Shown here in pieces: positions 28,900-39,562 of a stretch of DNA of 64,000 nucleotides. Each line of letters starts with the position of its first letter. Position 1 is the first letter of the stretch. A program made the translations under genes and the position numbers. The notes beneath the pieces are model-generated. The model was not told where the DNA came from and made no database searches. It saw only the letters and a program-made list of their open reading frames with translations. Source of the stretch: Spirochaetia bacterium (GTDB lineage: Bacteria > Spirochaetota > Spirochaetia > CADAEX01); assembly GCA_963662265.2 (NCBI GenBank), contig CAXXHA010000015.1, positions 1 through 64,000 on the forward strand. The letters run 5' to 3'.

Positions 28900-30141
28900 A
28901 TGTCAAAAAACAGAAAAGACAATATTGCCTGTTCTTTCTGCGGAAAAGCATCCGAATCTGCAAGAAAAATAATAACAGGTCCGGGTGTTCATATTTGCGA
29001 TGAATGTGTTGCAGTATGCAACCGTATTATTGAGGAAGACCTCAAGAAGACACCTGAAACCCAGACTCTTGACAAGGCAGCAAAACCTGAAGAGATGAAA
29101 AATTTTCTTGATGAATATGTCATCGGCCAGGATGCTGCTAAAAAAGCACTTTCCGTAGCTGTATACAATCACTATAAGAGAATTCTCAACAAGGAAAAAC
29201 TCAACAGCGATGTTGAACTTGAAAAGTCAAACGTCCTGATAGTCGGACCTACAGGTACAGGAAAAACACTGCTTGCAAAAAGTCTTGCAAAAAAACTCAA
29301 TGTTCCTTTTGCAATAGCTGACGCTACAACACTTACAGAAGCAGGATATGTTGGAGAAGATGTTGAAAACATCCTTTTAAAGCTTATCCAGAGTGCTGAC
29401 AACAACATAGCTGCTGCCGAAAAAGGGATCATATACATCGATGAAATTGATAAGATATCCAAGAAAGGGGAAAATGTATCAATTACCAGGGATGTTTCAG
29501 GCGAAGGTGTTCAGCAGGCGCTTCTCAAGATAATTGAAGGTTCTGTAGCTTCAGTTCCTCCCCAGGGCGGTAGAAAACACCCCAACCAGGAAATGCTCAA
29601 GATAAATACAGATAATATACTCTTTATCTGCGGCGGCGCTTTTGTAGGTCTTGATAAGATAATAGAAGCACGTATTTCACAGCATCCCATGGGATTCGGT
29701 GCAGATGTGAAGATGACAGAGGAAAAAAGCCTTGTAGAGCTTTTCGAGAACCTCCATCCCGATGACCTTATCAAGTTCGGCCTTATTCCCGAATTCATAG
29801 GACGGCTCCCGATACAGGTTGCTCTAGAAAACCTTACAAAGGATGATCTTAAACGGATTATCACAGAGCCCAAGAATGCAATTATACGACAGTACAAGGA
29901 ATCGCTGAAACTTGATGACACAGACATTGAATTTACAGATGATGCAATAGAGGCGATTGCAGAACTTGCTGTTTCAAGAAAAACCGGGGCAAGAGGCTTA
30001 AGGTCAATTGTAGAATCATTCATGATTGACCTGATGTTTGAACTTCCTTCAATCGAAGGCAAGAAAAAAATCACAATTACAAAAGAAGTTATTAACGGTG
30101 AAAAAAAGCCGGAAATTATAACAGAACTTAAATCCGCCTGA
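28900..30141 (+). CDS. clpX: ATP-dependent Clp protease ATP-binding subunit
   Basis: CSFCGK zinc domain, [42 protein letters not shown]. Confidence 0.98.
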   Translation: MSKNRKDNIACSFCGKASESARKIITGPGVHICDECVAVCNRIIEEDLKKTPETQTLDKAAKPEEMKNFLDEYVIGQDAAKKALSVAVYNHYKRILNKEKLNSDVELEKSNVLIVGPTGTGKTLLAKSLAKKLNVPFAIADATTLTEAGYVGEDVENILLKLIQSADNNIAAAEKGIIYIDEIDKISKKGENVSITRDVSGEGVQQALLKIIEGSVASVPPQGGRKHPNQEMLKINTDNILFICGGAFVGLDKIIEARISQHPMGFGADVKMTEEKSLVELFENLHPDDLIKFGLIPEFIGRLPIQVALENLTKDDLKRIITEPKNAIIRQYKESLKLDDTDIEFTDDAIEAIAELAVSRKTGARGLRSIVESFMIDLMFELPSIEGKKKITITKEVINGEKKPEIITELKSA

Positions 30142-30161
30142 TTAAGAAGGCAATATATAAG

Positions 30162-30191
30162 ATCCCGGTTTCAAAAACCGGGATTTTTTTT
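30162..30191 (+). terminator. Rho-independent terminator after clpX
   Basis: ATCCCGGTTT-CAA-AAACCGGGAT followed by a T run. Confidence 0.85.
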
Positions 30192-30408
30192 GCAATAAAG
30201 CTTTTTGACTTATGATTTTCATCATATATGTCTGGCTCATCTCATATTCCTGTTCTTTGCAGATATCAGACTTCAAAAGCAGCAGAACTGAATCTTCAAC
30301 TCTTCATCAGATGAAATCGACAGATTTTCTGCATCATCTCATCAGTTGACCAATAAATTGTTTTATGGTAATAAATTTCTTAAATATCACAACTAAAAGG
30401 AGCTGTTT

Positions 30409-31353
30409 ATGGCTGTTAATCTTACCGGAAAATCACTGATTTCACTAAAAGACTATTCATATGATGAGATACGATATCTCATGGACCTTGCACATACTGT
30501 TAAAAAAGAAAGAAAATCAAATATCCGGAAACAGAGATTCACAGGCATGAGCATTGCACTTCTTTTTGAAAAAAGATCTACACGAACAAGATGCGCATTT
30601 GAAACTGCATTCGGCGAAGAGGGGGGACATCCCGTATTCCTCTCAAGTTCAGATATGCAGCTCGGTGCCAAGGAATCAATAGAAGATACTGCAAGAGTAC
30701 TCGGCAGAATGTTTGATTGCATACAGTACAGGGGATTCAAAACATCCTACGTTGAAACTCTGTCAAAATATTCAGGCATACCTGTATATAACGGTCTTAC
30801 AGATGATTACCACCCAACTCAGCTTCTTGCAGACCTCATGACAGTTGAAGAATATTTCGGCACACTGAAAGACAAGAAGCTGACATATGTAGGTGATGGA
30901 AGAAACAATGTCGCAAACTCGCTCCTCATAGGCTGCGCCAAACTGGGAGTAAACATAACAATAGCATCTCCAGCCTCTCTTCAGCCTGAAGAATATATTA
31001 TAAAAATATCAAAGGATTTTGCTGCTGTTTCAGGGGCAAAAATAGAGACAACAGAAGATCCTGTAAAAGGGGTGGAAGGAGCTGATGCAGTTTATACCGA
31101 TGTATGGGTCTCAATGGGAGAAGAAGAGAAAATAGCAGAAAGAAAAAAACTGCTCTCCCCATACCAGGTAAACAGCAGCCTGATGGCAAAAACCGGCAAG
31201 GAAACAATATTCCTTCACTGCCTCCCTGCAGTTAAGGGAAATGAAGTTACTGCAGACGTTGTTGACGGGGAAATGTCTGAGGCATGGAACCAGGCGGAAA
31301 ACAGAAAACATACAATCAAGGCAATAATGCTTGCAACACTTGGCCTTGAGTAA
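30409..31353 (+). CDS. argF: Ornithine carbamoyltransferase
   Basis: STRTR, HPTQ, GDGRNN, DVWVSMG, HCLP, QAENR. Confidence 0.95.
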   Translation: MAVNLTGKSLISLKDYSYDEIRYLMDLAHTVKKERKSNIRKQRFTGMSIALLFEKRSTRTRCAFETAFGEEGGHPVFLSSSDMQLGAKESIEDTARVLGRMFDCIQYRGFKTSYVETLSKYSGIPVYNGLTDDYHPTQLLADLMTVEEYFGTLKDKKLTYVGDGRNNVANSLLIGCAKLGVNITIASPASLQPEEYIIKISKDFAAVSGAKIETTEDPVKGVEGADAVYTDVWVSMGEEEKIAERKKLLSPYQVNSSLMAKTGKETIFLHCLPAVKGNEVTADVVDGEMSEAWNQAENRKHTIKAIMLATLGLE

Positions 31354-31424
31354 AAACTTTTTTTATCTTGATTTAGGATATCATTGGTTATATAATTTAG
31401 GTACGTCTTTTTGGAGGTAGTCAA

Positions 31425-31847
31425 TTGAAAAAATGGGTTATACTTCTCTCACTTGTTATACTCGCAACAGTTACATACAGCGCATGGAGTGAAAGTGTTG
31501 AGTCTGAATATTATGTAAAAACTGTACATATTCATAAAATATATCATCACAATGAAGGTTTCAGAATTGTATATGAAACACAGGATCTCAAGCTGAAAGA
31601 TACATTTATACCTTACAGCTGGTTTAAAAATCCCCAGCTCCCTGAAAGCGGTCAGTGGAAAGCTGAAGTTGTTTACGGGGATATGGCTGAATATCCATAC
31701 TTCAATGTATACTGGAAAAACGGGGAGTTTTCACATATAAGACTCTTTTTAAGAGCAAAGAGAACACATCCGTCATGGGGAACTCTCAAGGATCCGGACA
31801 GATATAATGACAGTTTCAATGTTGAAGCGCCTGTATTTGATTTCTGA
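31425..31847 (+). CDS. Secreted hypothetical protein
   Basis: GGAGG RBS before the TTG start, signal peptide; stop overlaps the next start. Confidence 0.7.
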   Translation: MKKWVILLSLVILATVTYSAWSESVESEYYVKTVHIHKIYHHNEGFRIVYETQDLKLKDTFIPYSWFKNPQLPESGQWKAEVVYGDMAEYPYFNVYWKNGEFSHIRLFLRAKRTHPSWGTLKDPDRYNDSFNVEAPVFDF

Positions 31848-33007
31848 TGATTGATATAGATAGAATTAAGAAAGCCATTCTGGATGAAAATCTGTCAGGA
31901 TGGCTTTTTTTTAACTTCAGGCACAGAGATCCCATATCAGACGCAGTACTGGAAATAAACCGGGATTTTATCAATTCAAGAAGCTGGTTCTGTATAGTTT
32001 TCCCGGACAGGGAAATACTTAAAATAGTCCACAGAGTCGAATCAGGCATACTCGACCACATCCCCGGGAAAACTGAATTCTACAGTTCAAGAGAAGAGCT
32101 TTCTGAAATTTTATCACAGCTGAAGGGAAACAGGATTGCCCTGCAGAGCGATATCAGCCTCACTACCCTCTCCTGCATGGACGGGGGGACGAAGGATCTT
32201 CTTGAATCAGCAGGAATAATTACAGAATCAGCAGCCCCCCTTATTCAGAGACTGCTTGGCGTTCTCGATGATAACCAGATAAAATCACATGAAAAAGCTG
32301 CAGATCTCCTTTACACTGCTGTTGAAGAAACATGGAAGCTTATAAGAGAATCATTCAGTAAAGGAAAACAGCTTACAGAAAAAAATATTGCCGATTATAT
32401 ACATGATTATTTCGAAAAGAACAACCTGGTAACAGAGCACAGGATACTTACAGCATTTGGGAAAAATACCTCAGACCCCCACTATGAGACAGGAAAAAAC
32501 GATACAATACTTGAAAAAGAAACACTCATCCAGTTCGATATCTGGGCCAGGGAAAATAAAAAAAACAGTGTTTATGCAGATATTTCCTGGGTGGGATATA
32601 CAGGTGATAAAGTCCCTGACAGATACAGAGCTGTTTTCAATACCCTGACAGATGCCAGAGACCATGCTGTTGATATAATATCATCATCCCTGTCATCAGG
32701 CTCTGATATAGCAGGCTCTGATATAGACAGGGAAGTCAGAAAAATACTCATTGATTCAGGTTATGAAAAAGGGCTGTTTCACAGGACAGGACATGCTATT
32801 GACCAGGAACTTCACGGTTACGGCGTCAATATTGATTCAGTGGAATTCCCGGATTCCAGGAAAATTCTCGAAGGCTCCTGCTTTTCTTTAGAACCGGGGC
32901 TCTACTTCAGTGACTTCGGAATGAGGACAGAAATCGACTGCTACATCAGGAACAACTCACTTGTAATATCAGGCAAAAAGCCTCAGAAAAATATACTGAC
33001 TTTATAA
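31847..33007 (+). CDS. M24 family metallopeptidase (Xaa-Pro aminopeptidase-like)
   Basis: DPHY, YADISW, HRTGHAI, FSLEPGLY, GMRTE. Confidence 0.92.
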   Translation: MIDIDRIKKAILDENLSGWLFFNFRHRDPISDAVLEINRDFINSRSWFCIVFPDREILKIVHRVESGILDHIPGKTEFYSSREELSEILSQLKGNRIALQSDISLTTLSCMDGGTKDLLESAGIITESAAPLIQRLLGVLDDNQIKSHEKAADLLYTAVEETWKLIRESFSKGKQLTEKNIADYIHDYFEKNNLVTEHRILTAFGKNTSDPHYETGKNDTILEKETLIQFDIWARENKKNSVYADISWVGYTGDKVPDRYRAVFNTLTDARDHAVDIISSSLSSGSDIAGSDIDREVRKILIDSGYEKGLFHRTGHAIDQELHGYGVNIDSVEFPDSRKILEGSCFSLEPGLYFSDFGMRTEIDCYIRNNSLVISGKKPQKNILTL

Positions 33008-33027
33008 ACCAGGAAACAGGATACTAA

Positions 33028-33987
33028 ATGAAAAATCTCATAAATTTTATTGCGGACTATGATAATTTCCATATATTCGGACACAGGGATCCGGATGCGG
33101 ACTGTATCTGCAGCCAGCTTGCCCTTTCAAGTTTTCTATCAAGAAACGGGAAAAAAGCTTATCTGTACGCAGAATTACCACTTACACGGCCTGAAATATC
33201 AGACCTCGGAAGCAACTTCACAGGCAGCAGCAAAAACCTCAAAAAGGAGGGGAAAACAGCTGCAATTATTCTCGACTGCTCAACACCGGAGAGAACCGGC
33301 AGTTTTGCAGATACAGTAAGAGAATTTTCATACGCAGTTATTGACCATCACAAGACAGGTGAAATTACAGGAGATGCAGGATACATTGATCCTGACACCC
33401 CATCCACCACCCTCTTAATCTACCGGCTTATGAAAAGCATGGGGCAAAGCCCTACCAGGGAAGAGGCTGAACTGCTCTTTACAGGGCTTTGTACAGATAC
33501 AGGATTTTTCAGGCACCTTGAAGAGGATTCCTCAGAAACGCTCAGAGATGCGTCAGAACTGGTAAAAACAGGAGTTTCCCCGAATAAAATATTCTACAAG
33601 ATACATGGGAACAAAACACTATCATCCAGAATTCTTCTGGGAAAAATCCTCACAAGGGCCGAGAATCATTTTTCAGGAAAACTTGTAACAACATATGAAA
33701 CCTACCTTGATTTCAATATCCATGAGGAAAATGAAAGAGACTCTGACCTTGTCTACCAGCTTCTGACAGCTACTGCGGGAACAGATATCATAGCATTCAT
33801 AAAAGAGGAAAAGCCTGATGAATGCTCGGTTAGCCTGAGAACAATAGGGGAAACAGACCTTAGCTTAATTGCAAAAGACTTCAATGGCGGGGGCCACAGG
33901 AAGGCATCAGGATTTTCATACCCGGGCAATAAAGACAAAACAAAGGAAGCAGTAGTCAGATACTTCAGTAATCTATATTCATCCTGA
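33028..33987 (+). CDS. DHH/DHHA1 phosphoesterase (NrnA-like nanoRNase/pAp phosphatase)
   Basis: HRDPDAD, ILDC, IDHH, TDTG, SLR, GGGHRKASG. Confidence 0.93.
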   Translation: MKNLINFIADYDNFHIFGHRDPDADCICSQLALSSFLSRNGKKAYLYAELPLTRPEISDLGSNFTGSSKNLKKEGKTAAIILDCSTPERTGSFADTVREFSYAVIDHHKTGEITGDAGYIDPDTPSTTLLIYRLMKSMGQSPTREEAELLFTGLCTDTGFFRHLEEDSSETLRDASELVKTGVSPNKIFYKIHGNKTLSSRILLGKILTRAENHFSGKLVTTYETYLDFNIHEENERDSDLVYQLLTATAGTDIIAFIKEEKPDECSVSLRTIGETDLSLIAKDFNGGGHRKASGFSYPGNKDKTKEAVVRYFSNLYSS

Positions 33988-34118
33988 AACAGCAGAATAA
34001 TTCATATTTAATTTACTATCGACAACAGAATAGCTATCCGAAAATATTTACGAATGCAACTTGTCTCGCTACAGCGCTACAGGTTTACAGACCATATTAA
34101 TAAATTGGAGGTATATAT

Positions 34119-35303
34119 ATGGAAACAATGAGTGCAATTCTTGTTATTGCAATCATTTACGCAATAGGTGATTTTTTTTCCTACAAAACTAAAGCAATTT
34201 TCTCAATGCTTTTTGTATCTGGTATTATTTTTCTTGTCGGATTCTGGTTTGGAATACCACTTACACTTTTTGAAGATTCAAAATTAATACCTGTTGCCAT
34301 GGCTCTCATTTCAATGCTGATGGTTCACATGGGCAGTTTTATGAAGTTAAGCGATCTTAAAGATGAATGGAAAACTGTTTTAATTGCTATTTCAGCATTA
34401 ATAGCTCTTGCCGCTGCTCTTTATCTGCTTGGCAGTCTTATAATAGGAAGGGAAAGAGCTTTAACTGCTGTAGGACCCATTTCAGGAGGAGTTGTAGCAA
34501 CCCTTATTTTGAGTGAAGCTGTAAAAGCTCAGGGACTTGAATCTCTTGCTATTTTTGCCACTCTTTTGCTTGTAATGCAGAATTTTATAGGCTTGCCTAT
34601 CGCTTCGTTCTGCCTTAAACGTGAAGGCCGCAGGATTTTGAGCAGTTTCGGAAATAACATTAATAATGACAATACTGATAATATAAAACAAATAGAATCA
34701 AATCCTGAAAAACCAACATGGAGAATATTTCCGGCATTGCCAAAGTCACTTCAGACTCCTTTCATTCTTATGACAAAAGCCCTATTAATAGGGTGGCTTG
34801 CCATGAAAATTTCAACACTTACAGGCAGAGTTATTCACCCTTTTGTTGTTGCGCTGCTTTTCGGAATCATTTTCTATGAAATCGGCTTTATTGAGCATAA
34901 AATTCTGGATAAAGCTAATTCATCAGGGCTTACACTTTTTATCCTGCTAGTGCCTATTTTTATGAGCTTGTCAAAAGCTACTCCCAAAATGGTAGCATCA
35001 ATGATACTGCCAATGATGATTGCTTTCAGCATTGCTCTGCTTGGAATGGTTATTGTTTCCCTGCTGTTAAGTAAAACATTAAAGTATTCATGGGAGATGA
35101 GCCTGGCAATAAGTGTTTCATGTTTATTCGGATTCCCTGGTACTTATATAATAAGCCAGGAAGTTGCTGATGCACTTTCTGATTCAGATGAAAAAAAGGA
35201 ATTTATCTTAAAAAGAATTCTTCCAAAGATGCTTGTAGCCGGTTTTACTACTGTAACAATAGCCTCTGTCATTCTCGCAGGACTGATAGTTAATTTACTG
35301 TAA
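34119..35303 (+). CDS. Multi-pass membrane protein, probable transporter
   Basis: About 11-12 hydrophobic segments; GPISGGVVA, LFGFPGT, PKMLVAGF; GGAGG RBS; directly upstream of an amidohydrolase. Confidence 0.75.
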   Translation: METMSAILVIAIIYAIGDFFSYKTKAIFSMLFVSGIIFLVGFWFGIPLTLFEDSKLIPVAMALISMLMVHMGSFMKLSDLKDEWKTVLIAISALIALAAALYLLGSLIIGRERALTAVGPISGGVVATLILSEAVKAQGLESLAIFATLLLVMQNFIGLPIASFCLKREGRRILSSFGNNINNDNTDNIKQIESNPEKPTWRIFPALPKSLQTPFILMTKALLIGWLAMKISTLTGRVIHPFVVALLFGIIFYEIGFIEHKILDKANSSGLTLFILLVPIFMSLSKATPKMVASMILPMMIAFSIALLGMVIVSLLLSKTLKYSWEMSLAISVSCLFGFPGTYIISQEVADALSDSDEKKEFILKRILPKMLVAGFTTVTIASVILAGLIVNLL

Positions 35304-35315
35304 CAGGAGATTTGT

Positions 35316-36512
35316 ATGGATTATAACAAAGTAATACAACTTGCCAATGACATCAGCCAGGATTTGACAGTTATTCGTCAGAAAATTCACGAAAACCCCG
35401 AATTATCCTGGCAGGAAATTGAAACTTCAAAGATAATTGAAAATGAGATGAAAAATCTGGGAATGAAAAATGTCAGGAGAGGATTTAAAGGAACAGGAAG
35501 CGGTGTAATAGCTGATCTTGAAGGCTCTAAAAAAGGGCCCTGTATTGCCCTGCGCGCCGATATAGATGCCCTGCCGATCAATGAGCAGAACAACCTTCCC
35601 TATAAATCTAAAAATGAAGGAGTAATGCATGCATGCGGACATGATGCTCATACAGCAATAATGATTGGTGTTGCCAGGATTTTATCAAAAATAAAAGATG
35701 AAATTAAGGGCAGCATACGATTCATATTCCAGCCGGCTGAAGAAGCAGGGATGGACTCAGGCGCGCCTGTAATGATTGCAGAAGGAGCGCTTGATAACGT
35801 AGATGCTATAGCTGGTCTGCATGTATGGGCAAGTGAACCTGCAGGAAAATTCGGAGTAAAAGCCGGTCCCTGCATGGCATCTGCTGATTGCTGGGAAATA
35901 ACAATTAAGGGACAGGGCGGTCATGGAGCTATGCCTCATCTTGCCATTGATCCCACAGTTGCAGCAGCACAGATAATTTCGATGCTACAGACTATTGTCA
36001 GCAGGGAAATTGATCCCCTCGAAAGCACAGTTGTCAGTGTCGGAAAAGTTGAATCAGGCAATGCTATGAATGTTATTCCAGATAAAGCAGTTATTTCAGG
36101 AAATGTCAGAACAACAAAAAAGGAAACCCGAGACACAATGGAAGACCGTTTCAACCGTATTGTTAATGGTATTTCATCTGCCTTAAACTGCAAAACAGCA
36201 ATTGATTACAACCAGATTTATCCGGTAACTGTCAATGATCCCATTCTTACAGACATTCTGAAACAGTCAGCTTCACAGGTATTGGGAGACGACAATTTGA
36301 AAAATATAGAAATAGCCATGGGATCAGAAGATTTCAGCTATTATGGGGAAAAAATCCCGGCAGTTTTCGGTTTTCTGGGAATCGGAGATCCTGATAAAGG
36401 AACAGATAAAGCTCACCATTCACCGCTTTTCAATGCTAATGATTCAGTATTGGCAAGCGGATCTGCAATTCTTTCATTATTTGCGCTGAATTATCTAGAA
36501 AATTGCAAGTAA
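35316..36512 (+). CDS. M20D family amidohydrolase
   Basis: HENPEL, LRADIDALP, MHACGHDAH, FQPAEE, GGHGAMPH, SEDF, HHSP. Confidence 0.95.
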   Translation: MDYNKVIQLANDISQDLTVIRQKIHENPELSWQEIETSKIIENEMKNLGMKNVRRGFKGTGSGVIADLEGSKKGPCIALRADIDALPINEQNNLPYKSKNEGVMHACGHDAHTAIMIGVARILSKIKDEIKGSIRFIFQPAEEAGMDSGAPVMIAEGALDNVDAIAGLHVWASEPAGKFGVKAGPCMASADCWEITIKGQGGHGAMPHLAIDPTVAAAQIISMLQTIVSREIDPLESTVVSVGKVESGNAMNVIPDKAVISGNVRTTKKETRDTMEDRFNRIVNGISSALNCKTAIDYNQIYPVTVNDPILTDILKQSASQVLGDDNLKNIEIAMGSEDFSYYGEKIPAVFGFLGIGDPDKGTDKAHHSPLFNANDSVLASGSAILSLFALNYLENCK

Positions 36513-36542
36513 TTCTAAAAGCAGACGGATTATGAATTCAGT

Positions 36543-36578
36543 GTCCGGCACAGAAAAATATTCAGTGCCGGACTTTTT
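36543..36578 (+). terminator. Terminator after the amidohydrolase
   Basis: GTCCGGCAC...GTGCCGGAC followed by T5. Confidence 0.7.
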
Positions 36579-36857
36579 AGAATTTATCCGGTTTACATTA
36601 TTATCTTTATAAAGCATGTGTTAAATTATCACAGCAGCATAACAAAACTCATAGAACTTTTCCACCTTGAAAACCAGAACACTACTCCTGAAGAAACTAA
36701 AGACAACTTACTTGAAAACTTTCTGCCCTGGATCTGTAATGAGGACGATATTAATAAATTAAGTTTCCCATACTATTAAACCGATGCTTACGAAACAGCC
36801 CATATCTTCTCTATTTTTAATTATCTGCAGAAAAATGAGATATATCACCATGACAAT

Positions 36858-36892
36858 AAAAAGCCCTGAATACTGATGTTTCAGGGCTTTTA
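36858..36892. terminator. Bidirectional terminator downstream of ackA
   Basis: AAAAGCCCTGAA...TTCAGGGCTTTT. Confidence 0.75.
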
Positions 36893-36993
36893 TGACTGCT
36901 TGTAAAAACAGCAGGATCTTTAAAATATATTTTACAAAATCAGAAATTTATAATCTTCAAAACTGAATAAATTACAATTCAAAGTAATAATTT

Positions 36994-38187
36994 TTACTTT
37001 ACAAGCTCCTCAGTCTCCATTGCAATCATAAGTTCTTCATTTGTTGGAATAACCATGATTTTAACTTCAGAGTCATCTTTGGAAATAATTCTTTCATCTC
37101 CCCTGAATTTGTTTTTCTCTATATCCATCCGTGCACCGAATATTTCAAGACCGTCACATATAAGCTCTCTTGATTCATAGGAGTTCTCACCAATACCTCC
37201 TGTGAAGATAACTGCATCAAGACGTCCTTTCATCTCTGTAGCAAGACCTCCGATGAATTTTTTACAGGCATGTGCAAAAATATTATAGGTGAGAATTGCT
37301 CTCTCATTGCCACCCCTTGCCGCTTTATTGAGATCCCTCATATCTGAGGAAATACCTGAAATCCCTTTAAAACCTGATTCCTTGTTAAGTATCCTTGAAA
37401 CATCATCTGTCGAGTACCCCATATTCTCTATCATATAGAGCAGTATTGACGGATCAATATTACCTGTTCTTGTTCCCATAGGAAGACCGGCAAGAGGTGT
37501 AAATCCCATTGTTGTATCTACTGATATACCATGATTAACAGCAGCAAGAGATGACCCGTTTCCGAGATGACATGTTATGCAGTTGAATTTTTCATATTTA
37601 ATTCCAAGGAGTTCAGACGCTCTTCTTGCAACATATTTATGGGATGTTCCGTGGAATCCGTATTTCCTTATTTTATGTTTCTCATAAAACTCATATGGGA
37701 GAGGATATACATATGCCTTGGGAGGCATTGATGAATGAAATGCTGTATCAAAAACCGCGACATTCGGAATACCGGGAAGTATTTTCTCAATCGCTTCAAT
37801 TCCATCCAGATTATGAGGATTATGCAGAGGTGCAAGAGCAATGCACTCTTTTATAATTGATTTGATTTCAGGAGTTACAACTTCTGATGAAGTAATTTTT
37901 TCTCCACCATGAACAACTCTGTGCCCTACAGCATTTATCTCTTTTATATCATTAAGTATTCCGACACTTTTATCTGTCAATGTATTGAATATAAGCTCTA
38001 TGCCATCTGCATGAGAAGATATTTTTTTATCAATTTTTACTTCTTTATCTCCATTCTTGCATGTCATGGAGCTGTCGTCATATCCAATCTTTTCAATAAT
38101 GCCTTTACAAAGCAGTTCCTTTGCTTCCATGTTCCATAAGTTATATTTAATGGATGAACTGCCGCTGTTGAGTACCAGAATGTTCAT
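36994..38187 (-). CDS. ackA: Acetate kinase
   Basis: NSGSSSIK, GHRVVHGG, APLHN, FDTAFH, YGFHGTSH, HLGNGSS, FTGGIGEN, PTNEE. Confidence 0.97.
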   Translation of the reverse strand: MNILVLNSGSSSIKYNLWNMEAKELLCKGIIEKIGYDDSSMTCKNGDKEVKIDKKISSHADGIELIFNTLTDKSVGILNDIKEINAVGHRVVHGGEKITSSEVVTPEIKSIIKECIALAPLHNPHNLDGIEAIEKILPGIPNVAVFDTAFHSSMPPKAYVYPLPYEFYEKHKIRKYGFHGTSHKYVARRASELLGIKYEKFNCITCHLGNGSSLAAVNHGISVDTTMGFTPLAGLPMGTRTGNIDPSILLYMIENMGYSTDDVSRILNKESGFKGISGISSDMRDLNKAARGGNERAILTYNIFAHACKKFIGGLATEMKGRLDAVIFTGGIGENSYESRELICDGLEIFGARMDIEKNKFRGDERIISKDDSEVKIMVIPTNEELMIAMETEELVK

Positions 38188-38496
38188 TTCTACCCCCAGG
38201 ATTTGTGATAAAATAAGTGATAATTTATGATGTGTAAAAACAGGAAATGCGACCGGCTCTTACGTATAAATTATATAGTAAATACATATTTTTATCAATT
38301 TAATAATTTTAAGAATAGCTGACAAATTACAAATAATTGCCAGTTATTGAAAAGATTTTATAGATAATATAAGCACAGAACATATACACATGCATCTTAA
38401 ACATCCATCAGGATGTATAATGAGATGAAACCACCCCGGAAACAGCTTTATCTGAAGTGATTTTTTAGTATTTATGCGATATTTGTTTCAGCCAAA

Positions 38497-38851
38497 AACC
38501 TCCAGTAAAGCAGGTGGTTTGAAAGCCGCGCCCCCATAAGGTTATAAAATAAGTTTTTGACATAGCAACAAGGACTTCCCGAATGGAAGTGCCCGAAAGC
38601 GATCACTAAGTGAATTACAGGGGGCTTACGGTGCGGCAAAAGCCACACAAAAAGAAATCACATTGTATGCCCGATTCAGAAACCACCACCAGAGGAAGTT
38701 GCAAAACTTGCTTTGCAACAACGACAGAGACTTTCTCGAAGAGAAAGTGCTCGAATAATGTCAAAAACAAAGTTTTTGACATAGCGAAAGGGACTTCCCG
38801 AGGGGAAGTGTCCGAAAGCGATCAATAAGTGATTTACCAGGTGGCTTTTGC
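38497..38851. repeat. Composite palindromic repeat: two ~70-bp direct repeats, many hairpins and an 11-bp inverted repeat around the second unit
   Basis: AAGTTTTTGACATAGC..GACTTCCCGA..GGAAGTG.CCGAAAGCGATCA.TAAGTGA.TTAC at about 38551 and 38770; GCAAAAGCCAC (38636-38646) and GTGGCTTTTGC (38841-38851). Confidence 0.85.
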
Positions 38852-38852
38852 T

Positions 38853-39419
38853 TTAGTAAAGATATTTTGACTGTATTTTTACAAGCAGGTTTTCAAGATC
38901 TGTCCTGATTTCATCAGGTATCCTCAGGACAAAGACATCATGAATCAGCTTTTCAGCCATTTCATATTCTTTCAGATTCACACATACATAAATGAGAGCA
39001 TACAGTGATTTATAATCATTACGGTTTTTAGAGAGAGCTGATTCCAGAAGTTCACGCGCCTTTTTATAATCTCTCTTGAGAATTGACAGGACACCCAGAT
39101 TTCTCAAGATAGACCAGTTTTCAGGCTCATAGCGCAGAGCATTTTCAAGCGATTCCTTTGCCTGAATATAGTCATTTTTTCTGAGCCATGCGCATCCAAG
39201 TGCTTCCCATGCAGCTGCATTGTATTCATTCTTTTTCAGACAGTACTTAAGCGCTTTAATGGCTTTGTCATTTTCACCTATCTCAGTGAGAGCAATACCC
39301 ATAAGACAGATTGCTTCATTATTATCAGGCTCATCTTCAAGAAACTGGTTCAGTATCTTTTTGGCATCATCAAACTGTCCGTTGGTAATTAAGCTTTCAG
39401 CAATTTCTATAATACCCAT
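38853..39419 (-). CDS. Tetratricopeptide repeat protein
   Basis: Repeated TPR patterns (AWEALG...A..LENALRYEP). Confidence 0.85.
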   Translation of the reverse strand: MGIIEIAESLITNGQFDDAKKILNQFLEDEPDNNEAICLMGIALTEIGENDKAIKALKYCLKKNEYNAAAWEALGCAWLRKNDYIQAKESLENALRYEPENWSILRNLGVLSILKRDYKKARELLESALSKNRNDYKSLYALIYVCVNLKEYEMAEKLIHDVFVLRIPDEIRTDLENLLVKIQSKYLY

Positions 39420-39562
39420 CTATTAATAAATATAATATAGTCGTTGGAAAAAGCAAATTTTTAGAATAATTATTAGGTAAGTCCTGTTCTATTATAACTC
39501 ACCTTAAGGGGATGATAAAATGCACATCCAGCACACACATGCGCCAGTGTTGCAGGTACAGA

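Noticed and set aside
38610-38828. 72-aa ORF inside the palindromic repeat
   Set aside because: Lies wholly within hairpin repeats, with no recognisable motif or RBS.
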